From Intoshia linei (lineage: Eukaryota > Animalia > Orthonectida): a DNA stretch of 56,231 nt. The notes beneath the pieces are model-generated. The model saw only the letters and a program-made list of their open reading frames with translations. It had not been told where the DNA came from and ran no database searches. This document shows, piece after piece, positions 45,101-56,231 of this stretch (the first letter of the stretch is position 1; each line of letters starts with the position of its first letter). Where the stretch lies: assembly GCA_001642005.1 (NCBI GenBank), contig LWCA01000090.1, forward strand, positions 1 to 56,231, in the 5' to 3' direction. The position numbers and the translations under genes are program-made.

Positions 45101-48100
45101 TTTATTTTAATAACAATATACATAACATGTATATAAAAAAATTACAGTACTTAATGAACTGTAAATATTTCAAAAATAAGTTTTTTAGTTTCAAAACATT
45201 ATATTAAAATATACAATACTAGTTGACTGTTGACTGAATGTACTACATACAAACAGTATCTAGTTTTGCCGAGGGCACATTTTTATTCTACCAAAAAAAT
45301 AAATTTAATAAAAAACTTTAAAAATGCTACTATTCACTATTATCAATTCTTTAAAGGAGTGGTCCAAAACTTGTTTCACGTGGACCCGTCATATCACATA
45401 ACCTTTTAATTTAAAGTGAATTATTCCACCTTAATTTTATTGTGTTAAAATTTGTGTAAATAACATTAAAAGCAATTTTGTTATCATATTTTTTTAATTT
45501 ATTAGACAGAATGTGTGTATAATCTTAAAAATAAAGTAAAAACAGTACAATCCTAAAAATTTTTAGTAATAGCTTAAATTCCAGAAAAAATAAAATTGTA
45601 AATACAGTGAAGACTCTATATAAGAATATTTATTAACTTGTGTCCTTATTAAAACTGATAAAACTAGTCAATAGATAAATATGAAAATTTTCATTGTGAA
45701 GACGATAGTGTGATTCAAATTTTTCAATTTTTAAAATAGCTACCCACTTTTTGCATTTGAAAAATTTTTCATAAACGAAACATGAACTTTATATATATGT
45801 ATTATTATGTTATATATGTACATAAATTTGTATATCGTGATGTCCAAGTTACATCATTAATTCAGTAATTACTAGGGTGTCTTTTGGTATATACTTTGGA
45901 TATATGGGTTGTGTATAAATTGATGATATGTGTATGTAAAATTATGTATTTATATTCTTATTTTTTATATATTCTTTGCAGTAATATGCATCTTAAAGCA
46001 ATTCTATGACGATTTAACAAATATTTTTGTTACTTTAAATCTATCTGATAGAGAAAAATTTAATTTAAATTATAACGACAAATTAAACACGAATTATAGA
46101 ATTTAATAAGATTCAATTTTAAATCTAGTATGAATTTTGACGGTATTATTTATTTTCATTTATTAAAGGACAGTTACGGCAAAAATAGCTAGTATTTTAT
46201 GATTTAAAATATTTTCATATGGATTTTTGTAACATATATAAAATTGGTTATCTTTATCCGTGGGCTATTTTTTGTTTACTTAAAAAAGGTGTTTTTGGAC
46301 ACAGGTTAATATACATATACATGTATATATGTATATCAGGATGGCCCAACAATATGTCACGGAATCTGCAATTGGAGTTGTGTGAATTACAATCAGATTC
46401 TTTCATTTGAATAATTATAATTTAACAATATAAGAAAAAAATTTGTTTTAAAACAAAACAATCTGATTTTACCCTCTGTTGAAATGGTGTATAGCTCATT
46501 TTTAATTTTTAGCTGGAAAGACATAAAATTTTCTTGGACGCATAAATGCGCCAAGACGCACCGTTTAAAAACATTGGTTTACAGAATATCATAATTACCA
46601 CATTACCTAATTGTCATTAATTAAATTAATTAAATAGTTTTAGAAATAATTTTGTCTTAATTGTGTACTAATTAGTCTCAATTTCTTAGATTGATGAAAT
46701 TATTTTTTTAATGTTGCCACTTGCGAAATTTGTAAATTTTATTTTTTGGCCCTGACTCGCCATGTGTTTGGACCATTTTGATATATACATATGTATAATA
46801 ACATTATGATGTATATTATAATTTAATAAATAGATTGGATGCGCTTTAGGATTTGTTTTACCACCTATGTTTATTATTTATACATCTACATTGCACATGG
46901 GTTTAACTTTGATGTTAATTTCAACAGCAATATTTTGCAGTTTAATTTTGCTATTAACTTTTGCATGTATTCTATAAAAAAATGCGTATTCATTATATTA
47001 AATAGTTTTCCAAGAATGTCCAAAATTACCACCAACCATTGCTCAAGCAAAAATTTTATATGACACCAAGATGTTCCCTAGCAAAGGTTTGGTATTTTTA
47101 AATTAATATAAACTGAGATTGTAGAGACACGATCCCATTGAAATTCATTAGGAATAAACTTTAAGTATGTCAAATAGTCCACGAAGGCTTTGTAACCGCT
47201 AACATATTTAGTTAAACAGATTTAAGTATTTTATATGATTCACATAACGGGGAATTTTTAGTTGATTCTCAAAATTTATAATATTAATTTTTGGTAAAAT
47301 GGAATTTTTCAGAAAAATATGGGTAAAAGCGGTTTTTTTCCTTAAGGGTTGTTAAATTAGATTTTTTCTTTTGGGATCAGATAAAGGGATTTTGTCCTTA
47401 AGGGTTGGTAAAATTTACATTTTTTTCTTATGAGATTTTACTGAATTGAATAAAATATGCTAAAAATTTATTATTCACCCCTAAAAAAATTATTCACCCC
47501 CATGAGAAGCACTACTGTATTTGATTAAATTTTATTTAGAAAGGTGCGGCCTTATTAAATTTTTTTAGGACGTTAGTGCTGCCTTCGAACAATAAATGTT
47601 TCCCCACTTCTGGCCTAAAGTATAAAGTAAACTTAGAAAGTTATTAAATGTTAATAAAAAGTTTAATTTGCAATATACTCTTTTATCAATTTGCAAATTT
47701 TGGTACAGCCTAAATCTGCGATTACCAAGTGGGATACGGGGACCCCTTATGGTCCCAAAAATTATTTTAGGGAGACCAGCTCGTTTGATACTATGACTCA
47801 TAAATTACAGATACAATTTAAATCTTTTAAAATCCCCAAAAATAATTGAAAATAAAAATTAATTTGTAATAATATTTAGTTCATTATGTATTTACGTCTA
47901 TTTGATAGTTTCTGTTATTCTTACGTTGCTTATTAAATATATCTACGTCTTTATTCGGTTAGTTCAATCATTTATAAGTTTTCAGGTGTCCATTTTTGGT
48001 CAAATAGACTTTTATTATAATCTTTTTAATTCATGTGGTGTAGTAGTTACACTAAACTTAAATTATTATGGCCTACGAAATTATTTTTTTTTCAGTTTGG

Positions 48101-50817
48101 GGTACCAAAAAATATTTTTTATATTTTTTTGTATGTTGAGAACCGCTGGTCTAAATCCTCGTTTACGAAATTTTTAATTAAAATAATGCAAAATCTGAGG
48201 ATTTATTTTTATAATATTTAATGTTACAAAACTAAATTAAAATGCAAAATTTTTATTAAATTTTTAAAAAATATAAAATAAATAAAATTTATGTTCCATG
48301 TTAATGATTGGATGTCTACTTAAATCCAACCATTTTTACTTAAAATTAAAATTTACTAACATTAAAAGGAAAAATTCAGTTATAACAACCTTTAAAGGAA
48401 AAATCTAGTTTTACCAACCCTAAAAGGAAAAATTTGCTTTTAAAAACCCTTTAGGGAAAATTTCAGTTTTATCAACCTTTAAAAGAAAAATCCAGTTTTA
48501 CAGAATTGCGGAGTATCTCATAAAAACTCAATATGACAAACAAAACAAAATAAAGTACTCAAATAGAAAGATTAGTGATAAACAAGTTATCCCGGAAGCA
48601 TCAGATTCAATCAAAGTTTTCACGTAAAACCAACAGTTAACCCATATGGAGAAACTAATAAGGGTTTCCATAGTTTTTTGATATGCTTTGCTTGCTAGTC
48701 GTAATTATTTGAATTATACACTGTTTACCTCTCTTTTTGCATGTCTGTTTCAGAAAATTCAGCTTTTCAAGCACGCTGTTTGCATTTTCTTTTTCACATA
48801 AAAGGTTGGTAAAATTCTGATTTTTCCCTTAAAGGTTGGTATAAGTGGATTTTTAGTAAAAATGGTTGGGTTTAAAAATATTTCGATTTAGCAAACATTA
48901 TTCACGTACAGTCAATATTTTTTCTAAATTTTTTATTTTTGTTATTTGTGTATTAATTAATAAAATCAAAAATAAAAAATTTAACAAAGTGAGTGAATAC
49001 ATTAAAATAAAAAATAAAAAAGAAAATTAAAAAAAAAGGTTTTTCCATTAAATATTTAATATAAAGTAAGTTTACAAGTGTTTACAGCTAAAATTAGGTC
49101 TAGTAGATTTAATTCCTATAATATATCGTATATATTGGATATTATCGATTATTAATTAATTTTAATTTGATTTTGTCAATTCATCACAAAAAACTCAAAA
49201 ACAAATTAACGAAAAACTACATTGCTCGTTAATGATTAATCTGGAATTAGACTGTGCTTTGTATAATTTTTTGGATAAAATAAAAAATTTCAGGAAATAG
49301 AGACACGATGACCACACAAACCATATATTATATAATACAATACATTTTTCAAATCAAATTATGATCATGTTTTTACATTACCTGATAAATTAGAAACCTG
49401 GCAACTTGTAGAGAGAATACTGTTTAACGATTTAAAAAAAATTATATTAATAATTATTTTTATGATTTAGATTCTGAAAATGATACATATGATAACAATG
49501 ATATTAATAGCCATGAAATTATAAATCACAGTGTAAATAATGTGTCAATAACATCAATTTTAAATACATTTGTGCATTTATTGAAAAAGAAAAATTTTTC
49601 ATTATTGGTACTGACATATGGTGATCATTATTTTAATATTGTATAATTGTTATTAGGTATGAATACTGGGGTATACTATGCAATTGCTACTCATTTGAAT
49701 AAAATAATTTTGCATTATTTTCCAGTAATATATTAATAATAATTAATTATATTAATAAAAAGGGAGATGCAGTTAATGCCGGAAGGATTGGATTATGTTT
49801 AATAGTATTCGGATTAATAGGTTCTATCGTTGCCGGTATTGTTTTGGATCGTACGCAAAAATTTAAGTCGTATTTATAATGATAAATATTTAATTTAATA
49901 CTAGACTAATTTCTGTTTTAATTTACATTATGACTGGTGTGTCTTTTATTATATACACGTTTACATTGCAATATCAACAATTGTGGACAACATTTATCAG
50001 TGCTTCTGTAATGGGGTATGTAAATATTATTAAAAATTTAAATTTTCAAAATATTTTTTGTCATTTAGATTTTTTATGACGGGTTATTTGCCAGTTGGTT
50101 TTGAATTTGCTGCTGAAATTACATATCCAATGTCTGAGGGAGCTTCAAGTGGATTATTGAACTCATCGTCTCAAGTTTTTTAACTATTTTAAATCAATAT
50201 TTTCACAAAATTTGTTTTATTTTAGATGTTTGGTATAATTTTAACATTTGTTTCTGCTGCCATGATTAATGCTTATGGCATCATATCGTCCAGTTGCATG
50301 CTGTTGATTATTTTGATTTTGGGAGCATTATTTACAGGTGTGTAATATTTATGATGTAAAAATGAACATTTTATACTCATTAATGGCTAAATTATTCTAT
50401 TTAAAATTATTTAATATAATTAAGACCATTAAAAGTTAATAAAGGCATTTTTTTTGTTTATATATGTTAATAAATAGGTTTAACTTTTTTAATAGTGAAA
50501 TTTCAAAATTTTGCGTTGTAAACTATAAAAAATATGAAGAACTTGAATTTTAGGTTCTAAAATTTCAGAAACCAGAATTCGTTATACTTAAAATGAAATT
50601 TCAGTAAAATTGTAACCGCTAATATAAAAACATTGTATATCAACTAAATAACGCACTTTAAATTGATATTATCATTTTAGTGTTAATTAAAGAAAACTTA
50701 CTTAGAAAAAATGCTAACATGTGCACTGAAAATATTAAATCAAAGGTAAACTTGGAATTTTGGATATTTGGTAATTTGAAATTTTCAATTTAGAAAATTA
50801 AAGAAGTATTGGCATAG
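42128..50817 (+). CDS. FLVCR: FLVCR-family (SLC49) MFS transporter, about 12 exons (42128-42578, 44977-45098, 46834-46966, 47006-47086, 49471-..., last exon ending 50817)
   Basis: [43 protein letters not shown]...[20 protein letters not shown] and [32 protein letters not shown]. Confidence 0.94.
44030..44432 (-). mobile_element. Helitron family 5' part in FLVCR intron 1
   Basis: Reverse complement of the 35542 element (aacttatataaaa, gtgtctgtctgtgtg, aaatttcaacctcccaatttcacatcttaagggtcaaaaaccc). Confidence 0.75.
45219..45600 (-). mobile_element. Helitron family 3' part in FLVCR intron 2
   Basis: Minus strand ends tgccctcggcaaaactag...cagtcaaCTAG|t and is colinear with 38700-39045. Confidence 0.75.
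48324..48871. mobile_element. TTAA-flanked foldback MITE, complete copy
   Basis: TTAA|atccaaccatttttact ... agtaaaaatggttgggt|TTAA, with about five tandem ~31-bp units on the left arm and about two inverted units on the right. Confidence 0.75.
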
Positions 50818-50933
50818 TTAATTTGAATTTACATTTAAAAAAATTTAATAAATTTTATTTTTTTGCAACGCGTTTTATACAATTTCGTATTCGTATTTGC
50901 ACAATTATTTTATTGGCTTGTTTGACAAATTAC

Positions 50934-53900
50934 ATGTTTATTTATGCGATAAAATGTAATTTCCATTTAAAAATATTAAAATAATTATCATTTAGATTAC
51001 GCTGTCAGTGTTATATATTCAGTCACTTTATATTTTCTGACCATTATCTTATTTGATTACGATTATTTATTGTCATTTTTTATTTCAACGTTACTATTTT
51101 TTCCAGTGATACTTTTATTACTTACAAGTCAAAATATCAGAATAATATTTCTTCTTATGCTACCTCAATTTTTCACTCGTAATTTTATTCAATTTTTATT
51201 TCAATTTTTTTAAAGGCAATATACGGTCAGTTTTGTTGTCTATTGCCACAATATTACTCGTCAAATACACTATATTCAATATACAAAAGAATGCAATTAT
51301 TTTCACAGATTCTTTAATATGTCATCAAAAGTTGATTAAAGAACTGAGTTGGACTCTTTACACCCAAGCTCATGATAAAGAAAACGTTTTTAGTGAAAGG
51401 ATTTTAAATGTTGTTCAAAGTGTTAAGCAGTTTGCAGACGATATAGAAAATAAAGTCAAAGATATATACGTTAAAATTGAAAATTTAAGTAATTTTATCA
51501 AGATTTACAAAAATATGTGTTTTTAACTATTTTTCAGTTTCAGAATTTGAATTTTTCAAGGTTAAAAACCCAATTTCCCCTTTTGTTTAAACCTTTACGA
51601 TGTCATAGAGTATTATTATAATCAGTAACAATTATTAGAAAGTCCATAATAAATATTTTAGGAGAGGGAGATTATATTACAAAATTACATTTTTTTAATC
51701 TGGAGGCGATGGTTCAAAAAAGGTTGAGAATTCTTGCTCTAGTTTATTCATTGAATGTTGTGATATTGTTTTGATCGTAACAATTTACTTTTTATGGTTA
51801 CTTATTTATGATAATATTTATGATTTTGAAAAAGGGGATAACGATTTTTAACCGTGAAGGCCTTAATTTCGGTAAATGACATTTGCGATACTTCTTCACT
51901 CTTAAAAAACTGTATTACAAATTGGGTTTTTTAACCAAATTTGAAGGGGGTTTTTAGTAAATTATATTTGAATTAAACTTTCAAGAGGGTTTTTAAGATT
52001 TTTTTTTAATCAAACTTTCAAAGTGGTTTTTAAGATTTTTTTTTAACCAAACTTTCAAGGGGAGTTTTTAAAATTTTTGTTAACCAAACTGTAAAGATGT
52101 CTAAGTTCTGTTCAAAAAAAAATTTCTAAAAACCCCCTTGAAAGTTTGGTTTAAAAAAAAATTTCTAAAACCCAAAATTAAACTAAAATTAAAATATAAA
52201 TGAAAATTTTACACATTCTACGACTTGCCAGTGAAATGTGTACATAATTTTTTATTTATTTAGTTGAAACTGTAAATAGAATTAAAAAATGGTTGAAGTA
52301 TATGGTCAATTTATGGTAATGCCGCTATTACTATTACTACTATTATATTTTAATTTTTTATTAGTGAAAATTCAGTTGGTTCTCCTTTCGAAAAATGTGA
52401 AAATGCTTTTAAAGTTGCTTACATAAATTGCCAGTAATGTATTAAAATATTAACTTTTAGTTAAACATATTTAATCAAAACGCCTCCAAATAACCCATAA
52501 TAAAAAAATTAATTAATATAAATTTATATTGGTAATTTGAGTCGAATTATTCGACCCATAACCAAAGGTGTTAAAAATTTTATTAACAGGAAAATTAAAA
52601 AATTAGTTTATTTTTGTAAAACACATTATTGCAGTTGTCATTTTATCCAAAAGCGTAGACGATCGCTAAATTAGTATGTTAAAAATCCCACTTTTATCCC
52701 ACCATAAATAAAAATTAATAACATTTAATAAAAAATAGCATTTCAAGCCCTTAATGTAAAAATCTTATGAGAAAAACTTTTTAATCCAAAACCAAAATAA
52801 AAAATCCAATTTTACCAACCGTTAAACTTTAAGTTCCTAATTCTCTTTACCTATATTTTTTTGAAAACTTTGATTTTACCAAACCTTACGAGAAAATAGT
52901 CTTTATCCAATCACAAAGTAAAAAACCAAAATTGTAGCAACCATTAAGGAAAAATCCCTTTATGACTGCTTTGTTTTAAACATTAAAAATTTTTGACTCA
53001 CAAACGTCATTGTATTTAGTTTACATTTTACAAATTAGTGAGTATATATAAAAATTTGCCGGATTAGCAAATCGACCACCCTTGCCCATAGCTCATTTTG
53101 AATGAATAATTTTAGTTATGTATACCTTACTTAGGGAACGGAATTAATTGATTGCAACCAATTTAATTGCAATTAATTGGTAAAAATTATTAAAAATAAT
53201 ATGAATTAATTGTTTGTTCAAAAATTATTTTTTAATTAATTGAAATATATGAAATAATTCCAATTAATTGAAGATTGATAACAATATTATAATCATTTTT
53301 AAAAAACTGGTCATGTGGTTATAATGAATATACTAGGATGCTGTTTGTCCGAAGTACATAACAGTCAAGCTACTAGGTTAAATAAATCATTTTTCTGGTG
53401 ACAAACGCGTTTCTATTTTATAAAAATTGCATAGAACAAATAAAATTTGTTAATACTTATAATACAAATAAATTATAGTGTATAATGATTAAATTTAATT
53501 ATTGAACTACATAAAAAAAAATTTTTTTTAATTTTTTCATCCAACCATTTGTCAATAAAAGGATTCAATTTATATTTTTTTAGTTATATGAAAAAAACCA
53601 ATTAATTGAAAATTATCTTTTCGTTTTTTTATTAATTGCAAAAAAATCAATTAATTAAAAAATTAATATTTATCAAAAAATTAATTGGTTTATACAAAAT
53701 AATTGATTGCAATCATTTATTTTAAATCCATGCTCTAATGGGTGAAAGTTCCAAATTGTAAAACTTAAAAATGACATTTTAGAAATGTTATGGGGCAATT
53801 TTCTTTTGCATGTGAAGTTGTAACGGCGGTAAAATTTGTATGCTATACAACAAAAAGTAAATAATAATATTCATTTTAATTTTTATATTTATGTAGTCGT

Positions 53901-55152
53901 TGATGTAATTTGTGAAATTCCTGAAAGCATAAAAAAATTAATTGTTGATAAAATAAAAAATAGTATATTTTATTTGATTACTTTATATTATTAGCTGATA
54001 CATAATATGTATTAAATATAATATAATGTAATAAAATTATCTATAGATTAAAGACGATAAACTTTGAAATTTTTTATTTTCATGTTTTTCATCTACATGT
54101 ACTACATGTATTATTTTTAATACTTGGTTGAAATAAATTTATATACAACAATGGTTCTTAAACTTAAAATTTCATGGACTGTAACAATTTTTAAAGCTTA
54201 ATTCTAATATAGCTACCATTTAGTAAAATAAAGGTTTGATAATGATAAGAAAAAAAGAAATCAATATGTGAGATTGAAATCTAGATTTTAACATTCTCAG
54301 TAAAAAAAGTGTTCTTAGTTTTTAATTTAATTTAATATTTTTTAAATTCTAAATTTTGGTTTATCAAAGCATACCAGAGTAATTTGAATTTTTGATAGTG
54401 AAGATGCAAATTTCAAGTAATGAAATATATGATATAAAATTGAATGAAAAAATCTGTGTTAGAATTTTTTTCGTTTTAAAATTGTAATTTTATACATAAA
54501 TAGTACACAATATTTCGCGGGAAACCTAGATTATTATATGAATTATTTTTAAAATACATTGGCATATAGCAGGGGTTGGCAACCATGGCCAACATAAATA
54601 ATATGTTGGCCCTTTGAGTAAATATGTAAATTATTTATTTGATAATCTTTTATAATAAAAATTTTTATTATTAATTATTTTAAATTTTTTATAATTGGCT
54701 CATTAAAAGCATTTTAATACTTAATTTTCAAAATTTTTGAATTTTTTCGTTCTAGATTTTGTTAAATATACAATTTTAGTACCGTTTAAATTTAGTTAAA
54801 GTTGCCGACCACTGTTATACGATTTGTCATTATAATTATACTGTGAAAATTAAAATAATGGTGGTCCAATAAAATTTTCACGATTGGATTTTTTTATAAT
54901 TTTTTTTAATATTACATAATTAATTTTTTATATAGAAATTGATAATAAATATAAAAAATTAAAAAATTTTTTTAATTTTACCGTTACTTTCAATTATACA
55001 TTTAACATGAAGTTGGAACAATCAATGTCATACAACGATTTGTTCGATAAAGTGAAAAAATCCATTTTGTTTTACACAAAATGGATGCCTTTGTATAAAT
55101 ATAAATTGCAACTATTTATGTTTATATTTACATTCATATTGATCATTTTAAA
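50934..55152 (+). CDS. DCST2: DC-STAMP-domain protein, DCST2/SPE-42-like; 5' part only, gene runs off the window. Exons: 50934-50955, 50996-51178, 51216-51488, 52264-52315, 52365-52433, 53783-53856, 53897-53962, 54936-55152
   Basis: Phase-consistent splicing gives TM segments, SQNIRIIFLLMLPQFFTRNIRSVLL, NIQKNAIIFTDSLIC, then the six-Cys loop WLKYMVNLCENSVGSPFEKCENAFKVAYINCQ...ACEVV...VCYTTKIVDVICEIP, then FNFTVTFNYTF and a further TM. Confidence 0.85.
51925..52173. repeat. ~37-bp tandem repeat (about 5 units) followed by an inverted unit
   Basis: Units like ttttaaccaaactttcaagggggtttttaagattttt, with an inverted copy aaaaacccccttgaaagtttggtttaaaa at ~52128-52156. Confidence 0.75.
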
Positions 55153-55708
55153 GTAATATTGAATTATATTAATTAATTATATTATAATATAAAATTATAT
55201 TACATAATACATGAGCGGTAGTGTTTAAGGTCTATACCAAATTATACATCGTTAGTGAAAATTATTTTTCATTTCGGGGTTGCCTAAAATCGGGTAAATT
55301 CTGTCTGCAATGAACTATTCAAAATTTCTGAATTTGTTAATTCACCATATTGAAGTATACAAATATATAATTTTAATAGGTGTCAACAGGTGTAATTATA
55401 ATCGTTTCCAAAGGCAATACTAAAAAAAATTTTATGATGCCCGTCTAAAAATGTTTAACAATAATGCGGTCATCTACGTATTTGAGTTTGACATGGCTGA
55501 TATAAGTTATAAAAAAAAATTTATTAAGGGATGGGAAATTTTTTTGATGACACTGCAGAGCGGTGTGATGAAAAAGGATAGGATCACGGTCTTATATGTT
55601 TAGTATAAAATTAGATTCAGAATAAACGTGCAACTATAATGATGTAAAAAACGAACCCCTTTTTTAAAAGTATGAAAGAACTATATGTTAATAAAATCAA
55701 TTATCAGA

Positions 55709-56200
55709 TTAATTAATTAATTTGCATTTTTCCGATGTCAAATTTGTTTTAGAAACACTACTAGAACATGATTCACATTCTCCGTTTGTATTTATCTGCA
55801 TTTGTAGAAACTTTTCATCTTCCTTATGTAACGTCACTTTTTTATCTCTCAATATAAATATACTGTTCCAAGTTTCTTTAATTTGCTGGTGATAACGAGG
55901 TATTTTAACATATAAAATGTATTTATTCATCAAAGTTCTAATTTTTAATTTTATTAAACCTTATGGAAATGGACCGAGTGTAAATTTATTCCATATATCA
56001 TATAATTCTATTGCAGTTTTATCACAAGAGTATGCTTTTGATTTTCTTGGATTTTCCAATTGTAAAAAATGATATCTTCTTAAGATTTTTTTTATTGTAG
56101 GTAATCTTGATGAGCTGCTTAAAGGTTCACTAATAAGTATTTCGTATGGACATGCCAACCTCAATTTTTTTCTAGATAATATATTTTTTGGTTGTGACAT
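55709..56200 (-). pseudogene. DNA-transposase N-terminal remnant (hATm-like, tentative)
   Basis: ORFs 55961-56200 and 55709-55933 share a frame and are separated by one TAA: RLPTIKKILRRY...AIELYDIWNK...P*GLIKLKIRTL..KY...EDEKFLQMQ. This resembles the N-terminus of hATm-type transposases as I recall it. Confidence 0.4.
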
Positions 56201-56231
56201 GAGGTATTAGAAAAATAAATTAATTAATAAT

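Noticed and set aside
47540-48221. Short ORFs and a GC-richer stretch in FLVCR intron 4
   Set aside because: No protein motif or splice-consistent model was found; likely TE remnants.
48340-48500. ~31-bp repeated units resembling a CRISPR array (also at 14360-14510 and 51925-52100)
   Set aside because: The units are contiguous and degenerate with no unique spacers, occur as inverted arms, have no cas genes nearby, and lie in eukaryotic DNA.
51233-51526. AIIFTDSL resembling a retroelement RNase H motif
   Set aside because: Better explained as exon 3 of the DCST2-like gene, with phase-consistent neighbouring exons.

Overview
Very AT-rich animal (metazoan) nuclear DNA, not prokaryotic; it has spliceosomal GT-AG introns mostly 31-55 bp long, plus a few kb-sized introns filled with transposon debris. 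This pattern recalls compact parasite genomes such as the orthonectid Intoshia (inference only). I reconstructed six host genes by manual splicing: APC1 (+, almost entirely one 5-kb exon), a Flamingo/CELSR adhesion GPCR (-), an EAAT/SLC1 glutamate transporter (-), mitochondrial dihydrolipoamide dehydrogenase DLD (-), an FLVCR/SLC49 transporter (+), and the 5' half of a DCST2/SPE-42-like gamete-fusion protein (+) that is nearly invisible in the ORF track. Between and inside these genes are a multi-copy non-autonomous Helitron family, Buster-type hAT elements and MITEs, pogo MITEs, TTAA-flanked foldback MITEs, and remnants of mariner, pogo, MULE, hATm-like and gypsy elements. The most notable points are the hidden DCST2-like gene, a Flamingo that appears to have lost its second laminin-G domain and its GPS cleavage site, and nested transposon insertions with clean target-site duplications (TSDs). 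I found no CRISPR array, no RNA gene and no convincing wholly new system.
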